This document shows, in pieces, positions 18,934 to 29,056 of a stretch of DNA of 64,000 bases (its first letter is position 1; each line of letters opens with the position of its first letter). The position numbers and the translations under genes were made by a program. Location of the stretch: assembly GCA_050953065.1 (NCBI GenBank), contig JBMNLZ010000002.1, positions 575,748-639,747 on the forward strand. Reading direction: 5' to 3'. The notes beneath the pieces were generated by a model. That model saw nothing but the letters and a program-made list of their open reading frames with translations. It did no database searches and was not told the DNA's origin. The stretch comes from Bacilli bacterium (GTDB lineage Bacteria; Bacillota_I; Bacilli_A; ML615J-28; CAG-698).

Positions 18934-18962
18934 TTGATAAAAAGCAAGTTGTATGTTAAAAT
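18934..18962 (+). promoter_or_regulatory. SigA promoter for the oadA-like gene
   Basis: TTGATA-17 nt-TAAAAT with extended TG. Confidence 0.6.
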
Positions 18963-19036
18963 ATCTTAGAATGCGCTAAAAAACATATTTAATAAAGAAA
19001 GGAGAAGCTATTGTTGTAATAAGTAGCTAAAAAAGT

Positions 19037-20827
19037 ATGAAAGTTAAAGTAGTTGAAACTTCTTTAAGAGATGGACATCAGTCATTAATCGCAACGAGAA
19101 TGACAACTGATGAAATTATGGAAATCGTTGAGTATCTTGATAATGCAGGTTATCATGCGTTAGAAGTTTGGGGTGGTGCAACGTTTGATTCTTGTTTAAG
19201 ATTTTTAAATGAAGATCCATGGGAAAGATTAAGAAACATTAAAAAAGCATGTAAGAAAACAAAGTTACAAATGCTTTTTAGAGGCCAAAATATTTTAGGC
19301 TACAAACATTATTCTGATGATATAGTTGATAAGTTTGTTCAAAAATCAATTGAAAATGGTATTGATATTATTAGAATTTTTGATGCTTTAAATGATATTA
19401 GAAATTTAAAAACAGCAGTAGATTCGACTGTTAAATATAAAGCTCATTGTCAAATTGCTTTGAGTTATACTACAAGCCCTGTTCACACTGTTCAATATTA
19501 TGTTGATTTAGCAAAAGAAATTGAAAAAATGGGAGCTCATTCTATTTGTATAAAAGATATGGCTGGTGTTTTATTGCCTGAGGATGCTTTTGAATTAATC
19601 AGTAAACTAAAAGCTAATACAAAATTGCCGATTGAATTACATAGTCATTGTACTGGTGGAATTGCTGAAATGACTTATAGAAGAGCAATTGATGCTGGTG
19701 TTGATATAATTGATACAGCGTTATCGCCATTTGGTGGCGGAACTAGTCAACCACCAACTGAATCATTTCAATATGCTCTAGCAAATACAAAATACGATCC
19801 AGGTTTAAATGTTGAAATGTTAGAAAAAGCTGTTTCAATTTTAACTAAAACAAAAGATAAGTATTTGGAATCAGGAATGCTTAATCCAAAAGCTCTTACT
19901 TCTAATCCTGCTATTTTAAAATATCAAGTTCCTGGTGGAATGTTATCTAATTTAATGAGTCAGTTAAAAGCTCAAAATGCTATGGATAAATATGATGCAG
20001 TATTAAAAGAAATTCCAAAAGTTAGAAAAGACTTAGGATATCCTCCTTTAGTTACTCCTCTATCTCAAATGGTGGGTACTCAAGCAGTTATGAATGTAAT
20101 TTCTGGTGAAAGATATAAAATGATTCCTTCAGAAGTTAAAGAATATGTTAAAGGATTATATGGTAAGGCTCCAGCACCTATTGCTGATAATATTAAGAAA
20201 AAAATAATAGGTGATGAAAAAGTAATTACTCATAGACCAGCAGATGATATTAAACCTCAATTTGAAGCGCTAAAAGCAAAATATAAGGATTTAGTTAAAT
20301 CTGATGAAGATGTACTTTCTATTGCGTTATTTGAAAACGTAGCGGTTCAATTTTTAGAAAATAAAGGTAAACCTAAAAAAGAAACTGTAGATGCAGCTAT
20401 TCAAGAAACAAAAACTGTGTCAGCTACTCCAGTGGCTAATGCTCCTGTATCAAAGATATATAATGTTAGAGTAAATAATAAGTTCTACGAAGTTGAATTA
20501 GGAAGTGCAGTTGCTGGTTCTCAGATGTCAATTCCTGCTGCGCCTGTTACAACTCAAGTAGTAGCACCAGTAGCAACTCCTGCAACACCAGTTCGTTCTG
20601 TTAGCAATGGTAAAAACATTCAAGTTACGGCTCCAATGCAAGGTGTTATTATTAAAATCTTAGTTCAAGAAGGTGCGACTATTCAAAAAAGCCAACCGAT
20701 TGTGGTTCTTGAAGCTATGAAATTAGAAAATGAAATCTATGCACCTGAAGGTGGAGTTGTTACTAAAATAGCTGTATCTCAAGGCCAAAATGTAAATAAT
20801 AAACAATTATTATTTGTTATCGATTAA
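19037..20827 (+). CDS. oadA: Oxaloacetate decarboxylase alpha / pyruvate carboxylase subunit B with biotinyl domain
   Basis: LRDGHQSLIATR, WGGATFD, EDPWERL, IKDMAG, HSH, PGGMLSN, PLVTPLSQ; Ala/Pro linker; EAMKLEN biotin site. Confidence 0.9.
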   Translation: MKVKVVETSLRDGHQSLIATRMTTDEIMEIVEYLDNAGYHALEVWGGATFDSCLRFLNEDPWERLRNIKKACKKTKLQMLFRGQNILGYKHYSDDIVDKFVQKSIENGIDIIRIFDALNDIRNLKTAVDSTVKYKAHCQIALSYTTSPVHTVQYYVDLAKEIEKMGAHSICIKDMAGVLLPEDAFELISKLKANTKLPIELHSHCTGGIAEMTYRRAIDAGVDIIDTALSPFGGGTSQPPTESFQYALANTKYDPGLNVEMLEKAVSILTKTKDKYLESGMLNPKALTSNPAILKYQVPGGMLSNLMSQLKAQNAMDKYDAVLKEIPKVRKDLGYPPLVTPLSQMVGTQAVMNVISGERYKMIPSEVKEYVKGLYGKAPAPIADNIKKKIIGDEKVITHRPADDIKPQFEALKAKYKDLVKSDEDVLSIALFENVAVQFLENKGKPKKETVDAAIQETKTVSATPVANAPVSKIYNVRVNNKFYEVELGSAVAGSQMSIPAAPVTTQVVAPVATPATPVRSVSNGKNIQVTAPMQGVIIKILVQEGATIQKSQPIVVLEAMKLENEIYAPEGGVVTKIAVSQGQNVNNKQLLFVID

Positions 20828-20851
20828 AGTTAGGTTATCCTAACTTTTTTT
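20826..20851 (+). terminator. Intrinsic terminator
   Basis: AAAGTTAGG-ttat-CCTAACTTT plus T run. Confidence 0.8.
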
Positions 20852-20888
20852 GTTTTAAAATAATCTTTGATATGTTATAATAATAAAT

Positions 20889-21605
20889 ATGAGAAAATAT
20901 ATATATTTTGATGTGCTTCCATCAACAAACGATTATATAAAAGAAAATTATCAGAATCTTTCTAACTTAGACATTGTAATAGCCAAACACCAAACTAAAG
21001 GTAAGGGGAGACTTTCAAGAACCTGGGAAGATAACTCTAACAGTATTTTATTGTCAATGTTAATAAAACCTAAAAAAGATCTTTCTGTAAGTTTAATACC
21101 TTTAGTAGCTAGTGCTGTGGTTTATAAATTCTTAAAAGAATATCTTGATAATGTTAAAATAAAATGGCCTAATGATATATTAGTAAATGGTAAAAAAATA
21201 GCGGGCATTTTAGTTGAAGCTAAATATCTAGAAAAGTTTGAATATTTGGTTGTAGGAATTGGTATTAACATTAATGATGAGGATTTTAATAAGAATTTAA
21301 AAGAAAAAGCAATCTCTCTATATGAAGTTATTAGAAAAAAAGAAAATATATTAGAAATGTATGAAAAATTTTCTAATATGTTAAGATCTGAATATAAATT
21401 ATTTCTAAAGAATAAATCTGACTTTCTAACAGTGAATAGAATAAATTCTGCTATAATAGGAGAAGAGGTTTATTTAGAAATAGAAGGTAATAAAGAAAAG
21501 GTAAAAGTTTTAGATATAACAGATGATGGTGCAATTTTAGTTAACTATAATAATCAAAACAAAACTTTTACTTCGGGAGAAGTTACATTAAATAAAAATT
21601 ATTAA
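20889..21605 (+). CDS. birA: Biotin-protein ligase (no N-terminal HTH)
   Basis: STND, QTKGKGRLSRTW, KWPNDI, KKIAGIL, GIGIN. Confidence 0.93.
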   Translation: MRKYIYFDVLPSTNDYIKENYQNLSNLDIVIAKHQTKGKGRLSRTWEDNSNSILLSMLIKPKKDLSVSLIPLVASAVVYKFLKEYLDNVKIKWPNDILVNGKKIAGILVEAKYLEKFEYLVVGIGININDEDFNKNLKEKAISLYEVIRKKENILEMYEKFSNMLRSEYKLFLKNKSDFLTVNRINSAIIGEEVYLEIEGNKEKVKVLDITDDGAILVNYNNQNKTFTSGEVTLNKNY

Positions 21606-21620
21606 TAAGAGGTTTAAATT

Positions 21621-23102
21621 ATGAGGGCTGGTATTTTATTACATATTTCTTCACTACATTCTCCTTATGGAATTGGGACATTAGGAAAAGAAGCATATAA
21701 ATTTGTAGATTTTTTAAAAGACTCTGAACAGTCTTATTGGCAAATCTTGCCAATAAATCCTACCTCAATTGGAGATAGCCCTTATCAATCCCCTTCAGTG
21801 TTTGCGTTTAATCCTTATTTTATAGATTTAGATATGCTAGTTGCTGATAAATTAATAAAAAGATCATCTATAAAAACTCTAAAAAAATTTGAAGGCGGAG
21901 AAAAAGCTGAATATGGGTACTTGTTTGAAACAAGGATGAACGTTTTAAAACAAGCCTATGATAATTATAAATTGTTTGAAAAAGAATATTTTGATTTTAA
22001 AACAAAAAATAGAAAGTGGATTTTTTCATATGGTGTTTTCTGTTTTTTAAAAGAAAAACATGGCTTTGTTTCATGGGACAATTGGTCAAAAGAATATAAA
22101 ATTATAGATTTAGATAAAGTAGATGAAATCTATGAGGCTAACAAACAAGAAATAGAAAGAATTATGTTTGTGCAATTTCTTTTTTTAAAACAATGGAATG
22201 CTTTGAAAGAATATGCAAATGATAAAGGTGTTAAAATTATTGGGGATATTCCAATTTATGTTGCCTATGATTCAGTAGATGTTTGGCTAAATTCTGAACT
22301 TTTCCAACTTGATTCTAAGAAAAAGCCAACTCATGTTGCGGGATGCCCACCTGATGCTTTTTGTAAGAAGGGACAACTTTGGGGTAATCCTTTATATGAT
22401 TGGGACAAAATGAAGAAAACTAACTATCAATGGTGGATTGATAGAATGAACCAAGCGATGGAAATGTTTGATATAGTTAGAATAGATCACTTTAGAGGTT
22501 TTAGTGCATATTATAGTATTAAGTTTGGAAATAAAACTGCTATTAAGGGACAATGGATTAAAGGTCCTGGAACTAAACTTTTTAAAACGATTGAAAAAAA
22601 TACTTTTAGATTAGATGTAATAGCTGAAGATTTAGGCTTTATTGACCAAGATGTTATTAATATGCTCTGGGATACTGGCTATCCTGGTATGAAGATTTTT
22701 CAGTTTGAAATTTCTAAAACTGTTAAAGAAACTTTAGAAAGATTTAAAACAATTCCGAAGAATACTATTTTATATACTGGGACTCATGATAATTTACCAA
22801 TAGTTGCTTGGGCGAATAGTTTAGAAGATAAATATAAAACAGTTTTAAAAAAGATTTTGAATTATAGTGGTAAAAAAGTCAATGAAGCGATAATTGAATA
22901 TTGTTATAAAGCTAACTCAAAAACTGTAATAATTCCGTTCCAAGATTTTATTGGAGCAGGAGAGGATAAAAGGATGAACACGCCTTCTACACTAGAGGGT
23001 AATTGGGTTTATAGAATTTCAAAAAAAGATTTATCTAAAAAGTTAGCAGAAAAAATTAAAGTATTATCTGAAAAATATGGTAGAGAGCAAAGCGTCTTAT
23101 AG
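21621..23102 (+). CDS. malQ: 4-alpha-glucanotransferase (GH77)
   Basis: GILLHISSL, WQILP, DSPY, GDIPIYV, RIDHFRGF, AEDLG, GTHDN, RMNTP. Confidence 0.96.
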   Translation: MRAGILLHISSLHSPYGIGTLGKEAYKFVDFLKDSEQSYWQILPINPTSIGDSPYQSPSVFAFNPYFIDLDMLVADKLIKRSSIKTLKKFEGGEKAEYGYLFETRMNVLKQAYDNYKLFEKEYFDFKTKNRKWIFSYGVFCFLKEKHGFVSWDNWSKEYKIIDLDKVDEIYEANKQEIERIMFVQFLFLKQWNALKEYANDKGVKIIGDIPIYVAYDSVDVWLNSELFQLDSKKKPTHVAGCPPDAFCKKGQLWGNPLYDWDKMKKTNYQWWIDRMNQAMEMFDIVRIDHFRGFSAYYSIKFGNKTAIKGQWIKGPGTKLFKTIEKNTFRLDVIAEDLGFIDQDVINMLWDTGYPGMKIFQFEISKTVKETLERFKTIPKNTILYTGTHDNLPIVAWANSLEDKYKTVLKKILNYSGKKVNEAIIEYCYKANSKTVIIPFQDFIGAGEDKRMNTPSTLEGNWVYRISKKDLSKKLAEKIKVLSEKYGREQSVL

Positions 23103-23111
23103 ACGCTTTTT
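23089..23111 (+). terminator. Intrinsic terminator after malQ
   Basis: AAAGCGTCT-tat-AGACGCTTT plus T run. Confidence 0.75.
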
Positions 23112-23125
23112 ACTCACTATTTTAA

Positions 23126-23168
23126 TTAGCACTTAAGTATTGACAGTGCTAAAAATATGTGTTATAAT
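23126..23168 (+). promoter_or_regulatory. CIRCE (HrcA operator) overlapping the consensus SigA promoter of htpG
   Basis: TTAGCACTT-N9-CAGTGCTAA (23126-23152) versus consensus TTAGCACTC-N9-GAGTGCTAA; TTGACA (23140)-17 nt-TATAAT (23163). Confidence 0.9.
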
Positions 23169-23189
23169 GTTTAAAAATGGAGGTATATT

Positions 23190-25100
23190 ATGGCAGAAGT
23201 AAGAGAATTTAAAACAGAATCGAAAAGATTGCTGGAGTTAATGATTAATTCTATCTATACTAATCGTGAAATATTTTTAAGAGAACTAATATCAAATGCC
23301 AGTGATGCGATTGATAAATATCATTTTTTATCACTGACAAATGATAAATTAGAAAAAAGAGATTTTCAAATTTTTTTAGAAATAGATAAAAGTAAGAGAT
23401 TGTTAAAAATCACTGATAATGGAATTGGAATGACATATGAAGAATTAAATGATAGCCTAGGAACTATAGCTAAGAGTGGTTCTTTTGAATTCATGCAAAA
23501 ATTAAAAGAATCAGAAAAAGACCAAATCGATGTTATAGGACAATTTGGAGTAGGTTTTTATTCTGCGTTTATGGTTGCTGGTTTAGTTGAAGTATATACA
23601 AAGTCTCCTTTTAGTGATAAAGGATACTATTTTAAGTCAACTGGTGAAGATACTTATGAAATTGAAGAAAAAGAAGGTTTAAATCCAGGAACTTCGATTG
23701 TTTTAAGTATTAGAAAAAATCAAAAAGAAGATAACTATGATGAATTTTTAGAACAATATAATTTAAGAAGGTTAGTTAAAAAATATTCAGATTATGTAAA
23801 ATATCCTATTAAAATGGAAATAACTAAAGAACTTCCTAAAAAAGATAAGGAAGGCAACATAGTTGAAGGTAAATATGAAAAAATAACAGAATTAGAAACT
23901 CTTAATAGCATGATTCCTATTTGGAGAAAACCTAAAAAAGAATTAAAAGATGAAGAGTTAGCTGAATTCTATAAGCAACAATATTATGATTATAAAGATC
24001 CTTTGACTCATATTTATATAAATGTAGAAGGAAATTTAACTTATAAAGCTTTAATCTTTATTCCTCAAAAACCACCTCAAAATTTATATTCTGAAAAATA
24101 TGAAAAAGGATTGGCACTATATTCAAAAGGCGTTTTTATTATGGAAAAATGCAAAGAATTAGTTCCTGATTATTTAAGATTTGTAAAAGGTGTTGTAGAT
24201 TCAAGTGACCTTTCTTTAAATATAAGTCGTGAAATTTTACAACAAAATAAAGACTTACAAAAAATTGCTGTAAATGTAGAAAAGAAAATCTTATCAAAAT
24301 TAGAAGAAATTTTAAAAAATGATTATGATAAATATTTAGAGTTTTTCAATAATTTTGGAATAAATCTTAAATTTGGTATTTATGATAATTTTGGTGAGAA
24401 AAAAGATTTACTAAAAGATTTAGTATTATACACTACTGTTAATGAAGAAAAACCAATCACATTGAAAAAATATCTTGAACAAATGAAGGAAGGTCAAGAA
24501 TTCATATATTATGCTTCAGGGAAAAATAAAAATGCCGTTCTTGCAATGCCTCAGATGGATATGATTAAAAAACAAGGATTTGATGTTTTAGTACTAACAG
24601 ATGATGTAGATGAGTTTGCTATTACTATTTTAAATGAATATGATGGAAAAAAATTTAAATCAATTAATCAAGGTGATTTAGGACTTTTAAGCAAAGAGGA
24701 AGAAGAGGCTTTCAAAGAAAAACAAGAAGACAAGAAATCATTACTTGAAAGAATTAAGGAAGTATTAAAAGACGAAGTTACTGATGTCAAACTTTCAAAA
24801 AGATTAACATCATCTCCTGTTTGCTTAGTTAGTGATGAAGGATTATCTTTTGAAATGGAAAAAGTTATAGCTGCAATTCCATCTAGTGAAAAACCTAAAG
24901 CATCAAAAATTTTAGAAATTAATCCTAATCATGAATTGTTTAAAGCAATTGATAGATTGTTTATTGATAATGATCCTGATTTTGATAAATATGTAGATTT
25001 ATTATATTCGCAAGCTTTATTAATTGAAGGATTTCCTTTAAAAGATCCAGTTGATTTTTCTAATAAAATGTGTGATTTAATGGTAAAAAGTATAAAATAA
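23190..25100 (+). CDS. htpG: Chaperone HtpG (Hsp90)
   Basis: FLRELISNASDA, DNGIGM, IGQFGVGFYSAF, LNISREILQ, LEINPNH. Confidence 0.97.
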   Translation: MAEVREFKTESKRLLELMINSIYTNREIFLRELISNASDAIDKYHFLSLTNDKLEKRDFQIFLEIDKSKRLLKITDNGIGMTYEELNDSLGTIAKSGSFEFMQKLKESEKDQIDVIGQFGVGFYSAFMVAGLVEVYTKSPFSDKGYYFKSTGEDTYEIEEKEGLNPGTSIVLSIRKNQKEDNYDEFLEQYNLRRLVKKYSDYVKYPIKMEITKELPKKDKEGNIVEGKYEKITELETLNSMIPIWRKPKKELKDEELAEFYKQQYYDYKDPLTHIYINVEGNLTYKALIFIPQKPPQNLYSEKYEKGLALYSKGVFIMEKCKELVPDYLRFVKGVVDSSDLSLNISREILQQNKDLQKIAVNVEKKILSKLEEILKNDYDKYLEFFNNFGINLKFGIYDNFGEKKDLLKDLVLYTTVNEEKPITLKKYLEQMKEGQEFIYYASGKNKNAVLAMPQMDMIKKQGFDVLVLTDDVDEFAITILNEYDGKKFKSINQGDLGLLSKEEEEAFKEKQEDKKSLLERIKEVLKDEVTDVKLSKRLTSSPVCLVSDEGLSFEMEKVIAAIPSSEKPKASKILEINPNHELFKAIDRLFIDNDPDFDKYVDLLYSQALLIEGFPLKDPVDFSNKMCDLMVKSIK

Positions 25101-25130
25101 AGTCGTGATTTTCACGACTTTATTTTTTTT
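25094..25130 (+). terminator. Intrinsic terminator after htpG
   Basis: AAAATAAAGTCGTGA / TCACGACTTTATTTT. Confidence 0.85.
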
Positions 25131-25167
25131 ATTTAAATTTTATAAAAAATAACATTTTAAAAAAAGG

Positions 25168-25196
25168 TTGCATACTTAATTTTATAGTGTTATAAT
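25168..25196 (+). promoter_or_regulatory. SigA promoter of topA
   Basis: TTGCAT-17 nt-TATAAT with extended TG. Confidence 0.75.
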
Positions 25197-25223
25197 TTAA
25201 AAGCGAAAAAGGTGGTATTTAAA

Positions 25224-27212
25224 ATGTCGAAGTATTTAGTTATTGTGGAGAGTCCAGCAAAATCAAAAACAATAGAAAAATATTTAGGAAGTGATTATTT
25301 CGTTGCTTCTAGCAAGGGACACGTACGTGATCTTACAACAAGAGGTTTTGGTGGATTCGGAGTGGATATTGAAGATAATTTTAAACCTATGTATAAAGTT
25401 TTAAAAGATAAAAGTGCTGTTGTTAAAGAACTTAAACAAATGGTAAAATCTGCAGACAAAGTATTTCTAGCAACTGACCCAGATAGAGAGGGTGAGGCTA
25501 TTAGTTGGCATTTATATGAAATCTTAGGGTTAGAAGAAAAAGATTATGAAAGAATTGTTTTTCATGAAATTACAAAAAAAGCCGTTTTAAATGCTTTAGA
25601 AAATGGTAGAGATCTTGATTTGAATTTAGTAAGATCCCAAGAATCAAGAAGAATTTTAGATAGAATAATTGGCTTTAGTTTATCAAAATTACTTCAAAGA
25701 AAAATTGGTTCTAAATCTGCCGGTAGAGTTCAATCAGTAGCTTTAAAATTAATTGTAGATAGGGAAAAAGAGATTCAAAAATTTATTCCTGAAGAATATT
25801 GGGAAATGTTTTGTGAGTTTAAAAAAAATAAAGAACAATTAAAGGCTAAATTAATTTCTTTTAATGATGAAAAAATAAAACTTACAAATGAAGAAGAAAC
25901 AAAAAAAGTATTATCTGCTTTAGGGAAAAACTATATTGTTTCTAATATAATCAACAAAGAAAGAGAAAAATCTTCAAAGCCTCCTTTTATTACTTCTACA
26001 TTACAACAAGAAGCTTCAAGTAAGTTTAATTTTAATGTGAGAAAAACAATGCAAATTGCTCAAAAGTTGTATGAAGGAATTGAATTAGGAGATGAAAGGG
26101 TAGGTATTATTACTTATATTAGAACTGATTCTCAAAGATTGTCAGATCAATTTTTAAACGATGGTAAAAAATATATTTTTAAAGAATTTGGAGAGAAGTA
26201 TTATAAGGGATATCAAGATATTAAAGACAAGAGTAAAAATATTCAAGATGCTCATGAAGCAATTAGACCTTCTAATATCAATTACACTCCAGAGTATGTA
26301 AAAAAATATCTTTCAAATGATGAATATAAATTATATACTATTATTTATAATCGAGCTATTGCATCTATGATGAGCAATGCTGTAATTGAAGATGAAAAAG
26401 TTAAAATCGATAACAATGGTTACATTTTTGAAATAAATGGTGAAAGAGTAATTTTTGATGGCTATTTAAAAATTTATTCAAAATATGAAGAAGAAGATAA
26501 AACATTACCAAAATTTGAACTTTCAGAAAAAATAGTCAATCCTAAAATTATTACAGAACAAAAATTTACTAATCCTCCATTAAGATATTCAGAAGCAAGA
26601 TTAATTAAAAAGATGGAAGAGTTAGGGATTGGAAGACCATCTACTTATGCTGTTACCATTGAAACTTTAAAACAACGCTATTATGTAAAAGTAGAAAAGA
26701 AAGTATTTGTTCCGACAGAACAAGGAATTTTAACTTCAGAAAAGTTAGATGAGTTTTTTAGTAAAGTTATAAATATTGAATATACTGCTAAAATGGAAAA
26801 AATACTTGACGAAATTTCTGAAGGTGAAAAAAATTGGTCTGATGAATTAAAACGATTTTATAATGATTATATGCCTTTAGTTGATTATGCTAATGAAAAG
26901 ATGGAAAAAATTTATCCGATCTACTTAGATGAAGATTGTCCTCAATGTGGATCAAAGTTAGTCTATAGAAATGGTAGATTTGGCCGTTTTGTTGCTTGTA
27001 GTGGTTTTCCTAATTGTAGATATATTAAAAAAAATGAAGAAGATGAACCTGAAAAAACTGATGTTAAGTGTCCTGTTTGTAAAGAAGGCAACATAGTTAT
27101 TAGAGTAGGCAGAAAAGGCAGAGCAAAAGGGAAGAAGTTTTATGCTTGTGATAGATATCCAGATTGTAAAACAACTTTTTCAGAATTGCCAAGTCAAGGT
27201 GAAGAAAAATGA
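25224..27212 (+). CDS. topA: DNA topoisomerase I
   Basis: LVIVESPAK, ATDPDREGE, SAGRVQS, ITYIRTDS, GIGRPSTY, two C-terminal Zn ribbons. Confidence 0.97.
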   Translation: MSKYLVIVESPAKSKTIEKYLGSDYFVASSKGHVRDLTTRGFGGFGVDIEDNFKPMYKVLKDKSAVVKELKQMVKSADKVFLATDPDREGEAISWHLYEILGLEEKDYERIVFHEITKKAVLNALENGRDLDLNLVRSQESRRILDRIIGFSLSKLLQRKIGSKSAGRVQSVALKLIVDREKEIQKFIPEEYWEMFCEFKKNKEQLKAKLISFNDEKIKLTNEEETKKVLSALGKNYIVSNIINKEREKSSKPPFITSTLQQEASSKFNFNVRKTMQIAQKLYEGIELGDERVGIITYIRTDSQRLSDQFLNDGKKYIFKEFGEKYYKGYQDIKDKSKNIQDAHEAIRPSNINYTPEYVKKYLSNDEYKLYTIIYNRAIASMMSNAVIEDEKVKIDNNGYIFEINGERVIFDGYLKIYSKYEEEDKTLPKFELSEKIVNPKIITEQKFTNPPLRYSEARLIKKMEELGIGRPSTYAVTIETLKQRYYVKVEKKVFVPTEQGILTSEKLDEFFSKVINIEYTAKMEKILDEISEGEKNWSDELKRFYNDYMPLVDYANEKMEKIYPIYLDEDCPQCGSKLVYRNGRFGRFVACSGFPNCRYIKKNEEDEPEKTDVKCPVCKEGNIVIRVGRKGRAKGKKFYACDRYPDCKTTFSELPSQGEEK

Positions 27213-27922
27213 TAGATACAATTATATTTGATTTAGATGGGACATTATTACCAATAGATGAAGATGTTTTTATTAAAAAGTATTTTGGACTATTGAGTGT
27301 TAAATTTACTCATTTAGGGATTCAAAAAGAAAAGTTTATTGAGGCCATATGGAAGGGAACTATGGCTATGCGTAAAAACGATGGCTCAAAATCAAATGAA
27401 GAAGCTTTTTGGAATTTATTTACTGTGGAAATCGGTTTTAAAAAAGAAGAGTTGGAAGATATGTTTATTGATTTTTATACTAATGATTTTGATTTAGTTA
27501 AAGATAGTTCTAAACAAAACACACTTTCAAAAGAAGTAATTAAAGTTTTAAAAAAGAAGAAATATAAAATAGTTTTAGCTACTAATCCTCTTTTTCCAAG
27601 GCTGGCTGTAGAAAAAAGAATTGCTTGGGCTGGATTAAACAAAGAAGACTTTTCTTTTATAACAAGTTATGAAAATTCCTCTTTTTGTAAGCCGAATCTA
27701 AACTATTACCAAGAAGTTTTAGAAAAAATAAATAAAACTCCAGAACAATGTATAATGGTTGGTAATGATGCAAAAGAAGATATGATAGTTTCAACTTTAG
27801 GTGTTAAAACATTCTTAGTTACGGACTGTTTAATCAATTTAGATAATATTGATATTTCAAAATTTGAAAATGGAGATTTTAATAATTTAGTTAATTTTAT
27901 TAATAAACTTCCTAATCTATAA
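27209..27922 (+). CDS. HAD-family hydrolase
   Basis: FDLDGTLL, LATNP, KPN, MVGNDAKED. Confidence 0.88.
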   Translation: MIDTIIFDLDGTLLPIDEDVFIKKYFGLLSVKFTHLGIQKEKFIEAIWKGTMAMRKNDGSKSNEEAFWNLFTVEIGFKKEELEDMFIDFYTNDFDLVKDSSKQNTLSKEVIKVLKKKKYKIVLATNPLFPRLAVEKRIAWAGLNKEDFSFITSYENSSFCKPNLNYYQEVLEKINKTPEQCIMVGNDAKEDMIVSTLGVKTFLVTDCLINLDNIDISKFENGDFNNLVNFINKLPNL

Positions 27923-27950
27923 AACTATATTTTAAAATATAGTTTTTTTT
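27921..27950 (+). terminator. AT-rich intrinsic terminator
   Basis: AAAACTATATTT / AAATATAGTTTT plus T run. Confidence 0.6.
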
Positions 27951-28078
27951 ATAGGAAAATATTACTTGCTAAACATATATAAATGTTTTAGAAAAAATAT
28001 AATTTATAAAAACAAAAAAATGATGAAATTATCTTAATTATGTGGTATAATATATAAAAGTATAATTGTGCGGAGAAA

Positions 28079-29056
28079 ATGATGGGACTTTTTAAAATTT
28101 TTAAAAATAAAGAAAAAAAGCGAGAAGCTGAAAAATATCGTATAGGAATGGAAAAGACTAGAAAAGGTGTTTTTTCTAGACTAAAAAAACTATTTTCTAA
28201 TACAAATGAAATAACTGATGATTTATTCGATGAATTAGAAGAGATCTTTGTGATGGCAGATATAGGTGTTGATACAGTTATTAAGTTTATTGATGAACTA
28301 AAAAGCGATGTTAGAGTAAAAAAAATTACTAATGCTCAAGATTTGCAACCTATTATTGTTGATAGGATGTTTGATATTTATTTAAAAGGTGAAATTGTTA
28401 ATTCAAATTTAAATTATAAAAAAAATGAACTTGCAGTATATTTATTTGTTGGTGTAAATGGAGTTGGTAAAACTACAACTATTGCTAAGATAGCCCACAA
28501 ATTAAAACAAGAAGGGAAAAAAGTTCTAGTTGCTGCGGGTGATACGTTTAGAGCTGGAGCGATTGAGCAATTAGAAGTTTGGGCTAAAAAAGCTGATGTT
28601 GATATTGTTATAAAAAATATTGGCAGTGATCCTGCGAGTGTAATATACGAGGCTTTAAATAAAGCCGTTGATGAAAAATATGATGTTTTACTTTGTGATA
28701 CTGCAGGTAGACTTCAAACAAAAGTGAACCTAATGAAAGAATTAGAAAAAATTAAAAGAGTAATTAGTAATAAAATTCCGAATGCGCCTCATGATACGCT
28801 TTTAGTAATTGATGCAACAACGGGCCAAAATGGTTTAAGTCAAGCAGAAGCTTTCATTGAAGCAACTGATGTTACTGGAGTTGTTTTGACAAAATTAGAT
28901 GGTACTGCTAAAGGGGGAATTGTACTTGCAATTAGAGATAAGTATAATATTCCAATAAAATTTGTATGTTTAGGAGAAAAAATAACTGACATAGAATATT
29001 TTGATATTGAAAAATATATTTATGGGTTGTTTGCTGATATGATTGACGATGAATGA
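28079..29056 (+). CDS. ftsY: SRP receptor FtsY
   Basis: GVNGVGKTTT, DTFRAGA, DTAGR, TKLDGTAKGG. Confidence 0.97.
   Translation: MMGLFKIFKNKEKKREAEKYRIGMEKTRKGVFSRLKKLFSNTNEITDDLFDELEEIFVMADIGVDTVIKFIDELKSDVRVKKITNAQDLQPIIVDRMFDIYLKGEIVNSNLNYKKNELAVYLFVGVNGVGKTTTIAKIAHKLKQEGKKVLVAAGDTFRAGAIEQLEVWAKKADVDIVIKNIGSDPASVIYEALNKAVDEKYDVLLCDTAGRLQTKVNLMKELEKIKRVISNKIPNAPHDTLLVIDATTGQNGLSQAEAFIEATDVTGVVLTKLDGTAKGGIVLAIRDKYNIPIKFVCLGEKITDIEYFDIEKYIYGLFADMIDDE

Noticed and set aside
19001-19036. Possible preQ1-I riboswitch (stem plus A-rich tail)
   Set aside because: Lacks the conserved loop sequence, and the downstream gene is unrelated to queuosine
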